A DNA stretch of 64,000 nucleotides from a virus: the IMG/VR virus record IMGVR_UViG_3300018917_000003. One strand, written 5' to 3'. Position numbers and translations under genes: made by a program. The notes under the pieces are model-generated. The model did not search any database, was not told the DNA's origin, and saw only the letters and a list, made by a program, of their open reading frames with translations. Below are positions 53,784 to 62,522 of the stretch, piece after piece. Every line of letters begins with the position of its first letter. The stretch's first letter is position 1.

Positions 53784-55071
53784 ATGACTACACTCTCAGC
53801 CGTAATTAAAAAAGAACTCAAGCAAACATTCCCCAATATTAAGTTCTCTCTCTGTCACTACCAGAAATGACAATGTTAACGTCAAGTGGGAATTATCTCT
53901 AGGGACTGATGCAACAGTCGCAGCCGTGAAAACTATCTGTAACAAGCCTGAAACGGTTGTGCATCAGGGAGATTTGATGAATGATACTGCTTGGTCTTCA
54001 GGTTCATCAGTCTACGAAAACCCTAGCTACACGCAAGAAAGAAAAGACTGGGCGCTAGAACAAACTAAAGCTCGCAACTTTGCCGGAGCAACCTGGAACG
54101 AAAGACACCAAAGATTTGAAGAGGCTGATGGACGCGATGCTTACCATGCCACAAAGCAGTACCACGAATACCTACAGAATGGCGTATCTTGCGCTCTGAT
54201 TAACGAGTACGGTGGTGAGCCATCTGACAAATTTTGGTATTACGAAAGACTCAAAAAAGAGCAAACCAAACTGAACCCGCCCGCGCCACAGGCGGAACCG
54301 GAGCAAGTTGAGCCGGAAATTGAAGCGCCGATCGTCCCATTAAGAGTTTACAAAGTTGAGAACGAGGTCTATATTCAAGCCAATTTCCCCAGCGGAAATA
54401 AACGGCACTGGATTGACGAATACCGCAGCCAACCAACCAACGTCTGTCAAGCCAAGATTGTCAAAGTAGTTCACCTTACTCCTGAAGATTATCAACGGTT
54501 TATCTACTCGTTCTTGAATAACCAAGAATGGCTGGTCGGAGAAGGTGGAGGCGGTAGCCACTATGCAAGTGAGAAGTACGGCAACGATTGGGACAAGCTA
54601 TTTAGTGACGAACTAGAGACTGAAAAATGGCAGCGTGAGTGCTACGAAGTGAGCGTTTTAGTTACGGACGGCGAAGAATACGTTCTAACCAATCCAGAGG
54701 GACATAACTATGCTCGATATGTTGGACTCCCTCATGAGAAAACCTTGGAATCTATTATCGGCAAAACCGACTTAAAGCTAGCGACAGCATCCTCCGAACC
54801 TGTTGCAATCAGCCAACTAGAAACACAAGCTGAAGAACCCCAGCCGAAGGCAGAAATTCTAACACCCGCCAAACCCGAAACCAATTTAATCCCCTTTCCC
54901 TCGCCCAAACAGCCAGAACCGCAACCCGTAGCGCAGTCGCAGAGCAACGACGGCGACAGCTTTTATGTGCAGAGCTACCAGGCATGGGTTAACAAGCTTG
55001 TAGCTCGGGGCGAGTACGGGAAGATCAAGAGCTTTGATGAATGGTATGCGATCGCGGTTGAGGTGATGTAA
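53784..55071 (+). CDS. Hypothetical protein whose N-terminal ~23 codons are in a different frame (+1 shift needed near 53850-53854), or a frameshifted pseudogene
   Basis: ATG at 53784 gives MTTLSAVIKKELKQTFPNIKFSL, then a stop at 53868. The +1 frame continues SVTTRNDNVNVKWELSLGTDATVAAVKTICNK into the 381-aa ORF 53926-55071. The junction lies in TTCTCTCTCTGTC. Confidence 0.55.
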
Positions 55072-55179
55072 CCAGGAACCGCCGATCGCCTGCTCAAAGT
55101 CTGGTAGTCTTAAGCCAGAATCCGAACAATACTGCCGGGGTTATCGCTGAACCTCGGCTTTTCTATTAGAGAGAGATAA

Positions 55180-55644
55180 ATGTTAAGACAAATCCAAACA
55201 AGCATTCTGGCAAGACTTGCCCCGGTGAGGGAGTTATTACATCCTGATGAGGTATTAGGTCAAAAGTTGCCTGATAATGCGTCAAGAATGACTCAAGAGG
55301 ACGCTCGAGATGTCGTAGTGTTCATTAGGGCCGGCAATATCCGAGAGATTCAGATAGAAGTCAATGTGTTGCTCTCTAGCCACGTTAAATCGTCTACCGA
55401 TTGCTTCCCAGTAGTCGAGAAAGTTTGGGGCCTGTTGCATACGTTTTTGCCCGATAGCGCCGCCGGAGTGCTAGCAAATATGAGTTGGGAATTAACGACT
55501 AACGGAACCCGCTGGCTAGCAAAATTCAACTACACGACGGCAATATCGCCTTATGTGTTCGAGTTCCCCGATCCGAAGGCTACTCTACCGGGTATTAACA
55601 ACATAACGTCACCGATCGCACCCTCTGCCACACTCCAATTCTGA
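55180..55644 (+). CDS. Hypothetical protein
   Basis: 154-aa ORF. Its TGA overlaps the first bases of repeat copy F. Confidence 0.5.
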   Translation: MLRQIQTSILARLAPVRELLHPDEVLGQKLPDNASRMTQEDARDVVVFIRAGNIREIQIEVNVLLSSHVKSSTDCFPVVEKVWGLLHTFLPDSAAGVLANMSWELTTNGTRWLAKFNYTTAISPYVFEFPDPKATLPGINNITSPIAPSATLQF

Positions 55645-55847
55645 AGCGAGAAATCACTCAGGTTTGATCTACCTGTATAGATGAGCCTGTTACTCAGATT
55701 TTTTATATTTATAATATTTCTACGTGACAAACTCATGTATTAGGTTTCCAATTCTACCTACATCCTGACTGTAGAGGTCGATCAAGTTTTGAAAGTAAAA
55801 GTTAAACCAATCTCAACAGGTAGGATTGATAAATGACTCTCCCCTCT
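55643..55847 (+). repeat. Structured intergenic element, copy F (right terminus degenerate)
   Basis: GAAGCGAGAA left end. The loop carries TATAAT. Hairpin 2 CTGTAGAGGT / ATCTCAACAG is conserved. Confidence 0.85.
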
Positions 55848-55876
55848 GAACTAGACAGCCGCCGCTGAAACAACCC

Positions 55877-55914
55877 AAAAAACCCGGCAGTATTTTAAAT
55901 CTGCCGGGTTTGGT
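55877..55914. terminator. Bidirectional intrinsic terminator
   Basis: AAAAAACCCGGCAG-TATTTTAAAT-CTGCCGGGTTTGG between convergent units. Confidence 0.75.
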
Positions 55915-55920
55915 TATTGT

Positions 55921-56427
55921 CTAATCATCTGATTTATAGTGAAAGATGGATTCTAGTCGTTGTCTCTGTTCCTCATAATTTGTCTTCTTTTCAGTTACTT
56001 CTGCCTCTAGATTTTCGGTTGGCGGCTCCTCATCCTCTACATTTTCAAACCCCGTCAACTTAACTTTTTTCTTCTTTCTGGAGTCTTGAATTCTAGCTCT
56101 TTCTTCCCTTTCTGATCGTCGCTTCTCTGCCTCGTCTTTCCTCTGTTTAGCTAGTCTGGCTAGCTCCTCTGCCGTAGTCTTTTCGTGTCTGAGCCAATCG
56201 GGAAGATCGATAAAACATTCATCACACCAACTATCAAACTTGGATGGCGTTAAACTCGGTGGGCTTCTCCGATTCTGATGGCACATATCACAGAGACAGA
56301 ACACAACTGAGAGATGTCTCGCTTTTGCTGGTTGATAACGCCACCAATTGAACCGAAGGCGAGAGAGATTTTCTGCTAGTCTCTGTTTGACTTTTTTGGA
56401 ATATAGTTCGCCTTTCTTCATTGTCAA
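55921..56427 (-). CDS. Hypothetical Cys-rich / Lys-Glu-rich protein
   Basis: 168-aa ORF with a 4-nt overlap on rusA. CLCDMCHQ and WCDECF motifs suggest zinc binding. Confidence 0.5.
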   Translation of the reverse strand: MTMKKGELYSKKVKQRLAENLSRLRFNWWRYQPAKARHLSVVFCLCDMCHQNRRSPPSLTPSKFDSWCDECFIDLPDWLRHEKTTAEELARLAKQRKDEAEKRRSEREERARIQDSRKKKKVKLTGFENVEDEEPPTENLEAEVTEKKTNYEEQRQRLESIFHYKSDD

Positions 56428-57116
56428 GAGGTAACTAAAACTTTTCTTGAGGTTGTCTTGGAGGTTTTACTCTGTTTGGGTACTGGCGGTATCACTACTA
56501 ATTCCGAAGGCAGAGAATAAATTTTGAGTTCAGTGCGGATCACTTGCGGGTTCTTTTTAGTTGATTTGGGTAGAGCATGGTACCGCGCATATATGAGAGG
56601 GACGCGCTGCACGTTGTCGTCTTGCAGACACCAACCTTTGAAAGCTAGAACGTCTAAGATAGAGCCGATCGCGTTATCTAGATCGCTATTCCCCCGAAGG
56701 CTGTGATAGAAATCCACAAGGATGGCTACCTGGTTATCCTTATCAAACGGCAACAAATCGGCTGGAACTTTCCCGGCTGCACGTAGTTTTAAGCGAATCG
56801 CTTCCATAATTTCTTTTCCGGCGGCATCTCTCCATCGGGTATAAGTTGCCGGGAAAAAAGTAGCATTCTTTGTCACTCTTGGTCTAGATTTTGGGACCAC
56901 TTTATCCGATAGAGTACAAGCGAATATAGTCTTTGTTTCTTCTGATTGAGTCAAGTTGCATTCACAGCAAAGAAAGCTCTCATAAGGCATTAACTGAGTA
57001 ACTAGATAGCCTTTTAGGATTGAACTGTCATCTCGGTGGCGTCCGCAATTTACGCAATAATTCATCTTATTCGTTCCATGTTTAAAAGTCTCTACATCAA
57101 AATTGCATTTGAGCAT
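56424..57116 (-). CDS. RusA-family Holliday junction resolvase with an N-terminal Cys-rich extension
   Basis: VPKSRPRVT...AILVDFYHSLRGNSDLDNAIGSILDVLAFKGWCLQDDNVQRV matches the RusA catalytic core (D..DN..K...D....DD). Confidence 0.75.
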   Translation of the reverse strand: MLKCNFDVETFKHGTNKMNYCVNCGRHRDDSSILKGYLVTQLMPYESFLCCECNLTQSEETKTIFACTLSDKVVPKSRPRVTKNATFFPATYTRWRDAAGKEIMEAIRLKLRAAGKVPADLLPFDKDNQVAILVDFYHSLRGNSDLDNAIGSILDVLAFKGWCLQDDNVQRVPLIYARYHALPKSTKKNPQVIRTELKIYSLPSELVVIPPVPKQSKTSKTTSRKVLVTS

Positions 57117-57262
57117 CCAAACCCATCTTTACAAATGGCGCTCCCGTCAGTGCAACCGGAGCGCCAAAGGTTTTACTGTCCTATCGATAATTTACATCGA
57201 ATACAAACTTGGCACGAACTGAGGGGTATTTCCGTCATTCTTGCTCTCCTCAAAAACAGTTG

Positions 57263-57549
57263 TCAAATAATGTCTCTTTCCCAGTAATCCAAGCTCTCCC
57301 TTCGTTGCCGAGCGTCTCGCTCAACCTGGTTAAGACCTGCCTGAATTGTTCCGGCAATTTTTAGCAAAGTTTCTAAATTGCAGTTCCTTATCTGGGTTTC
57401 CAGATACCGCTTAATCTATTTGTAATCGTCGGATAAAGACAAGTCTAAAAGAGAATTTTTAATACCTTCAAACTGACTTTTTACCCGTTCAAATGCCTGC
57501 GATTCCTATTCAGATATTTATATTCGTCGATGAAATTCTCAGTTGTCAT
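57263..57549 (-). pseudogene. Decayed gene remnant (one frameshift plus in-frame stop codons)
   Basis: AGGAG, then an ATG at 57549 giving 22 codons and a TAA. A shifted frame then reads ESQAFERVKSQFEGIKNSLLDLSLSDDYK-TAG-IKRYLETQIRNCNLETLLKIAGTIQAGLNQVERDARQRRESLDYWERDII-TGA. Confidence 0.4.
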
Positions 57550-57612
57550 TTTTGGTTCTCCTATGCTCGAATTTTGCCCCGTAAAGGCGTAGTATAGGCA
57601 GTTAGACAGCAG

Positions 57613-57879
57613 CTAAATAAACTGAGCAATTTGATATGCTTGTTGATAGACCGAATCACTACTCTTTGGCTGCTGACCTTCTTTTTGATCGCTGACTGCT
57701 AAAACCACCTTGATTATCTGACTTTCAATTTCTAAAGGTAGTGTTTGATTGTAGCAGTAATAGTTAGCAGAAGTTTGGAGGAACGTAGGAATATCGGCTT
57801 CGTATTTCAAAAACCGAACTAATTGTTTTAAATTCATATTGCTTTTTGTTTTCAGTTTATTGTTCTTATACAATAGCAC
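57613..57879 (-). CDS. Hypothetical protein
   Basis: 88-aa ORF. No motif. Confidence 0.4.
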   Translation of the reverse strand: MLLYKNNKLKTKSNMNLKQLVRFLKYEADIPTFLQTSANYYCYNQTLPLEIESQIIKVVLAVSDQKEGQQPKSSDSVYQQAYQIAQFI

Positions 57880-57951
57880 ACGCTAACCATTTATGTCAAC
57901 AGACTTGAAAAGATTTTTAACGCAGAGCGGTAGAAACGAAAGAAAAATAAC

Positions 57952-57993
57952 TAATGACTAATGACTAATGACTAATGACTAATGACTAATGAC
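57952..57993. repeat. Tandem heptanucleotide array (TAATGAC)x6
   Basis: Same unit and orientation as nt 1-105. It directly abuts repeat copy G. Confidence 0.95.
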
Positions 57994-58000
57994 TGATGTA

Positions 58001-58169
58001 GAAGCGAGAGATAGTTTTGCTACCCATATGGTTGAGTCTGCTAATTGGTTAAATCTATTATATAGATTACTTGAGTAACAAACTCATCCATTACGACCTC
58101 GCGTCTATGAGTTTCTTGCCTGTAGAGGTTGCTTGAGTCTTGATTTAAAACTCTGTCTAAGAGAAAACC
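58001..58169 (+). repeat. Structured intergenic element, copy G (most degenerate)
   Basis: GAAGCGAGAG left end. Recognisable AACAAACTCATCCATTAC and CCTGTAGAGGTTGCTTGAG cores. Both hairpins are eroded. Confidence 0.7.
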
Positions 58170-58193
58170 GAAAAACTATCTTCAGTTTTTCCC

Positions 58194-58222
58194 TTGACAC
58201 CTTGGCAATAACCATTTAAATT
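58194..58222 (+). promoter_or_regulatory. Sigma70-like promoter candidate for the clamp gene
   Basis: TTGACA (58194-58199), 17-nt spacer, TAAATT (58217-58222). Confidence 0.55.
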
Positions 58223-58262
58223 TAAAGAAGCACGTAAAGGGTTTCTGCCAAAGATTAAAAAT

Positions 58263-59426
58263 ATGGTAAAAGTATCAGAAATAAAAGCGGATCTAGAAAC
58301 ATTGCGAGCTAGTCAGGTGACAAAGGCAGGCAACACCGATCCGCTATTGATGGGCGTGATGGTTACAAGACAGGGCGAACTCTGCAACTTAACGACGTTT
58401 GACGGCATCTCGTCAACGACTCTCACGGGTCGAGATTGGGGACAGTCAATACCGGAGGGCGGTTTTGTTCTACCTTCGGGGATTGCCAGCATTCTCAGAA
58501 TGTTGAATAAGGGGGCGGAGGTTCAGATTTCCAAGGTCAAAACAGGGCAGTTTGAAATCAAACAAGAGGCGTCAAAATGGCGATTCCCGATGTCGCTCAA
58601 CACTAGCGCGTTCTATCCCATCGGTGAGGATATTATTAACAATCAAGTTGACTCTACCTCGATAAACATTGACGGCGAACTGTTGAAAGAGGCAATAACT
58701 AATGTTTATTATTCGATCGGCAAGGAACACACGGCGCTTTGTTGCGCTGAGTTTATATTTAACTTGGAAGATTCAGAGTTTATTGCAGTGGCTACCGATT
58801 CCCGGAGAACAACAATTTGGAAAACAATAAATGTCAAATTCCCCTCCCTTCCTTTGGCAAAATATCGAATACTCATACCAGGGCAAAAACTTCTTGCTCT
58901 CGGAAAATTCGTCAAAGACTGTGCCGAGGTGCAAATATCTTTTACTGATTCCGTGATTGTTTTTGAGAACCCTGCCTTAAAAACTTCCTTATCGATACGG
59001 TTACTAGATGGGAGAGGATATCCCCCGGCTCTTAACTTGTTTAAACTGCCTTTAACCGCCGGGTATACTATTGAACCTAAAGAGCTAATCAATGCCCTGA
59101 AACGGGCAAAAGTGCTGCTACCAGAGAACAAACTAGCACAAAGTAGCACTTTACTTTTAAGATTCGAGAGTGAAAATATTCGGATATCTCACGAGTGCGA
59201 TCTATTCGTTGAGAATGTCTCATACAAGCCCTTACCCCTTGAAGGAATAGAACAACCGGAATCATTCGACATTGCTTTAAACCTTGACTATCTTAATGCA
59301 GCTTTAACACCTTTGACGGGCAAAAATTGCGATATCAAGTTGCATAGCAATGTTGCCTTGATAACTTCTGATACTCTAGGCGGATCGGTAACTCACTTTA
59401 TCGCAACAGTTACCAAAAATAATTAA
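58263..59426 (+). CDS. DNA polymerase III beta sliding-clamp homologue
   Basis: 387 aa. VATDSRR, RLLDGRGYP and IALNLDYLNAAL are collinear with E. coli DnaN VATDGHRLA, KLVDGRFPDY and IGFNVSYVLDVLNAL. Confidence 0.75.
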   Translation: MVKVSEIKADLETLRASQVTKAGNTDPLLMGVMVTRQGELCNLTTFDGISSTTLTGRDWGQSIPEGGFVLPSGIASILRMLNKGAEVQISKVKTGQFEIKQEASKWRFPMSLNTSAFYPIGEDIINNQVDSTSINIDGELLKEAITNVYYSIGKEHTALCCAEFIFNLEDSEFIAVATDSRRTTIWKTINVKFPSLPLAKYRILIPGQKLLALGKFVKDCAEVQISFTDSVIVFENPALKTSLSIRLLDGRGYPPALNLFKLPLTAGYTIEPKELINALKRAKVLLPENKLAQSSTLLLRFESENIRISHECDLFVENVSYKPLPLEGIEQPESFDIALNLDYLNAALTPLTGKNCDIKLHSNVALITSDTLGGSVTHFIATVTKNN

Positions 59427-59439
59427 TAGGAGAATCAAA

Positions 59440-59967
59440 ATGGATAAGAACCCTGATGAATTTAGACGGCTCAATCAACAGCTTGAGCATCTAAAAAAGA
59501 TGGTTGTCAGATATAAACAGGCTGAGAATTGGGAAAAATTGACCTTTAGTGATCGAGTCATGATTGACAACAGCGACTCGATCCACGACGGGGCGATCGG
59601 AAAATTCATAACTCATCAATGGAGTTCCAGCGGTTTCGTTTGCCTGTTGGTTGAATTTGAAGATGGTTCCCGGCATTACTATCTACCGATTCACCTTGTG
59701 AAACATTTTGACGTTGAGAAGATGACCGCGCAAGATTTGGAACCGCTACGCTCTAGACCAACACCCGCCCTCGTAGCAGAATCGGAACCGACGGCGACAA
59801 TCACACTGGATGAAGCGAGCGAGAGAATCATTGAGGCAAAACTGGCACAGGTTGTCAAAATGCCTGAGTCTGTCAGAAAGAAAGTTTTGTCCAGCACCCT
59901 CGCAGCCGAATTAGTACCCCAAGCGCTTGAGCTTGCCGTCAAGCGAGGCATCATTCCAGCTTTCTAG
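59440..59967 (+). CDS. Hypothetical protein
   Basis: 175-aa ORF. GGAGAATCAAAATG provides an SD. Confidence 0.55.
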   Translation: MDKNPDEFRRLNQQLEHLKKMVVRYKQAENWEKLTFSDRVMIDNSDSIHDGAIGKFITHQWSSSGFVCLLVEFEDGSRHYYLPIHLVKHFDVEKMTAQDLEPLRSRPTPALVAESEPTATITLDEASERIIEAKLAQVVKMPESVRKKVLSSTLAAELVPQALELAVKRGIIPAF

Positions 59968-59990
59968 TCAATCATCCCAAAAAACTATCA

Positions 59991-60016
59991 GACGGGCCGT
60001 TAGACCCGTCTTTTTT
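59991..60016 (+). terminator. Intrinsic terminator
   Basis: GACGGG-CCGTTAGA-CCCGTC followed by TTTTTT. Confidence 0.8.
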
Positions 60017-60021
60017 AGTTT

Positions 60022-60214
60022 GAGGCGAGAGAAGTTTTGCTGAATCCTATAGATGAGTCTGTCACTCAGATTTTTTATATTTATAATCTTCCTACGTGAC
60101 AAGCTCATCTATTGTATTGTCGCTTCTATCTGCATTCTGATTGTAGAGGTCGATCGAGTTTTGAAAATAGAAATCAAAACTGCCTCAGCAAATAAGAAAA
60201 ACAGATTGCTCCCG
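60022..60214 (+). repeat. Structured intergenic element, copy H
   Basis: GAGGCGAGAG left end. Hairpin arms at 60052-60065 and 60096-60109. TATAAT at 60082-60087. The right terminus is degenerate (TTGCTCCCG). Confidence 0.85.
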
Positions 60215-60266
60215 TTTTTCTATCCGCTCTCCCAAAAATCAATATAAACATATTTCATCTACAGGG

Positions 60267-60295
60267 TTGACATCAAGCGTTAGTCATGTTATCTT
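60267..60295 (+). promoter_or_regulatory. Sigma70-like promoter candidate upstream of tnpB
   Basis: TTGACA (60267-60272), 17-nt spacer, TATCTT (60290-60295). The preceding GGG matches the GGGGTTGACA blocks at 52652 and 53716. Confidence 0.45.
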
Positions 60296-60531
60296 ATAAA
60301 AAGAAAGTTGAAAATATAGAAGCTACAAAAGCTTTTTAAGCTTTTGACAGTTCAGGCATAAACTCTGAGAGGTAGGATACCGAAAGGATACAAACCAGAG
60401 GAAAGTGCTTAAAACTCTGACAGCGACTAGACAGGTAACTAACTGAAAAGCTGAAAGCAATTCTTGCTAGACACTAAAAGTATCACAACGGTGCAAAATG
60501 TAATCAAGTAATACAATACTGAGGTCAAACG

Positions 60532-61608
60532 ATGCTTTTGTCCATCAAAACAAAGTTAAAACTAAACAAGGATCAGGAAACAATTATGAGCAAACACGCT
60601 GGGATAGCGCGGTTTACTTATAATTGGGGCTTGGCTACTTGGAATAGTCTTTATCAAAATGGACTAAAGCCTAATAAAAATCTACTCAAAAAATTCTTCA
60701 ACAATCATGTAAAGACTGAGCTTGCATGGATGAAGGAAACGGGAATTTGTCAGAAAATAACTCAATACGCTTTTGACCATCTAGGGGATGCGTTTGCTAG
60801 ATTTTTTGCCAAAAGAAGTGATTATCCCAAGTTTAAAAAGAAAGGGCATTATGACTCTTTTACTATTGATACGGGCGGTAGACCTATCCCTGTGGGCGGT
60901 ACATCTATAAAGTTGCCGACAATCGGTTGGGTAAAAACTCACGAAGGGTTGCCTCATACAACTTGCAAGTCAATTACCATCTCGCGCACTGCCAATAGTT
61001 GGTTTATTGCGTTTGCTTACGAACAAGAACACGAGCCAACTGCTAAGAAGCATGATGTTGTAGGAGTTGACTTGGGAATTAAAGAATTGGCTACGCTTTC
61101 AACTGGTGTAGTATTCCAAAACCCAAAACACTATAAAACGCATCTTGCAAAACTCAAGAGATTGTCAAAAGTTTTCGCTAGGAAGGTAAAAGGTTCTGAA
61201 AATAGGCATAAAGCCAAAATTCAATTAGCAAGGCATCACGCTAAGATAGCAAATCTCAGAAAAAATACCTTGCACCAAATCACTACTTACTTATGCAAAA
61301 ACCACGCAAAAATAGTAGTAGAAGATTTGAACGTTTCTGGGATGCTAAAAAATCACAATCTAGCTCAAGTAATAGCTGATTGCGGGTTTTATGAGTTTAA
61401 GCGCCAATTGGAATATAAAGCTAAAAAATTTGGTTGTGAGATAATCGTTGCTGATCGCTGGTTTCCGTCAAGCAAGACCTGTTCAAATTGCGGACATATT
61501 CAAGATATGCCGTTAAAAGAAAGAACTTACGACTGCGGAAGTTGTGGTCATTCGATGGATAGAGATTTAAACGCAGCAATAAATTTATCGCGGTTGGTCA
61601 AATCGTGA
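60532..61608 (+). CDS. tnpB: TnpB (OrfB) RNA-guided nuclease, RuvC motifs intact
   Basis: 358 aa. RuvC-I VGVDLG, RuvC-II IVVEDL, zinc finger CSNCGH..CGSCGH, RuvC-III DRDLNAAINL. Confidence 0.9.
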   Translation: MLLSIKTKLKLNKDQETIMSKHAGIARFTYNWGLATWNSLYQNGLKPNKNLLKKFFNNHVKTELAWMKETGICQKITQYAFDHLGDAFARFFAKRSDYPKFKKKGHYDSFTIDTGGRPIPVGGTSIKLPTIGWVKTHEGLPHTTCKSITISRTANSWFIAFAYEQEHEPTAKKHDVVGVDLGIKELATLSTGVVFQNPKHYKTHLAKLKRLSKVFARKVKGSENRHKAKIQLARHHAKIANLRKNTLHQITTYLCKNHAKIVVEDLNVSGMLKNHNLAQVIADCGFYEFKRQLEYKAKKFGCEIIVADRWFPSSKTCSNCGHIQDMPLKERTYDCGSCGHSMDRDLNAAINLSRLVKS

Positions 61609-61690
61609 AACCTTACCGAGGGATAACCGCTCCCATGCTCCCAATGAAGTAAGAAGCAAAAACTAGATTTGTCTAGTATTTGTCTGACAG
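61450..61690 (+). ncRNA. Putative omega-RNA (reRNA) scaffold overlapping the tnpB 3' end and right end
   Basis: By analogy with characterised TnpB systems. The segment 61588-61690 is conserved in a second copy and ends in a CTAGA-TTTG-TCTAG hairpin. Extent not determined. Confidence 0.4.
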
Positions 61691-61750
61691 ATGAAGGTGT
61701 AGCGGATTTTACTTTTGATATCAGTTTATCTGGTGGTGCAAAAAATGTTA

Positions 61751-61853
61751 TTGCGGTTGGCTAAACCGTGAAAGCTTACTGAGGGATAACCGCTCCCATG
61801 CTCCCGTTGAAGTAAGAAGCAAATGCTAGCTTTGTCTAGTCTTTGTATAGCAG
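61751..61853 (+). repeat. Solo second copy of the tnpB 3' terminus / right end (about 85 percent identical to 61588-61690)
   Basis: It retains the last ~8 codons and TGA of a tnpB (LLRLAKP* versus LSRLVKS*) plus the downstream ~80 nt, 163 nt after the first copy. Confidence 0.85.
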
Positions 61854-61933
61854 AGGGTCTAAAAAACCAAACCGAGACAGACGAATTACAAGCGGAACCA
61901 ACCAAAACAATTATTAGAGGCGTATGGATCTAA

Positions 61934-62479
61934 ATGACTACCAGTGCAGCAAAAGAGAAGAATGCAACAACTAAGCGAGGGAGGAAAGCTGGAAAAAAGA
62001 CAGCAAAAAAACGTCAATTAGTTGACGAGATTATCAAAGCGGAACCCAAAAAACGTGGCAGAAAGCCCAAAGATGCAGACTTTCAACCAATCAACAGAGG
62101 GGTTAAAAAAGTCAATTTAGGGCATAGGGCTGTTCTGGCGAAGCACCTAGGTGTCTCAACTCAGACTATATACAACCGCGAAAGGGCTTTCGACAAATGT
62201 TTGCCGGAATATTTTAGGGGGATGTATTACCTGCCTAAAAGAGGGGGGGCATTAAAAGTTCTTCCCGATTTAACCCCTTACCAACAATACTGCCAGATGC
62301 AGTTTGAGAAGATAAAGCAGGGTTTGGGTGTCAAGGACTGCACCCCAAGTGAGATGCTTATCTCTAATAATTTAGAGATATTTGATATCAACCTGTTTGA
62401 AAGACAACAGCAACTAACTGTTAGTGTAGAAGTTGATTCAATTTCCATTGAGGAAATTGAAAAAACGGATATTCTTTAA
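61934..62479 (+). CDS. Hypothetical basic protein with an HTH-like segment
   Basis: 181 aa. Lys/Arg-rich N-terminus. LAKHLGVSTQTIYNRERAF is HTH-like. Confidence 0.5.
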   Translation: MTTSAAKEKNATTKRGRKAGKKTAKKRQLVDEIIKAEPKKRGRKPKDADFQPINRGVKKVNLGHRAVLAKHLGVSTQTIYNRERAFDKCLPEYFRGMYYLPKRGGALKVLPDLTPYQQYCQMQFEKIKQGLGVKDCTPSEMLISNNLEIFDINLFERQQQLTVSVEVDSISIEEIEKTDIL

Positions 62480-62522
62480 CAGCAAAGAACAGAAAGATTA
62501 ATAAAAAGAGAGAGAGTTTGTC

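Larger units (their letters stand above)
60250..61690 (+). mobile_element. tnpB-only IS200/IS605-family element (no tnpA); boundaries approximate
   Basis: An intact TnpB ORF, with about 280 nt of non-coding sequence upstream and a structured right end downstream. No Y1 transposase gene in the window. Confidence 0.6.

Noticed and set aside
1-57993. The two heptamer arrays as prophage attachment-site boundaries
   Set aside because: Phage or mobile-type genes (clamp homologue, tnpB, HTH proteins, further element copies) continue beyond 57993. The left array is truncated by the window, so boundaries cannot be inferred.
32401-60214. The repeated element as a CRISPR array, or as solitary CRISPR repeats
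   Set aside because: The copies are about 200 bp long and irregularly spaced (0.15 to 14 kb apart). They are not short 28-37 nt repeats with unique spacers, and no cas genes are present.
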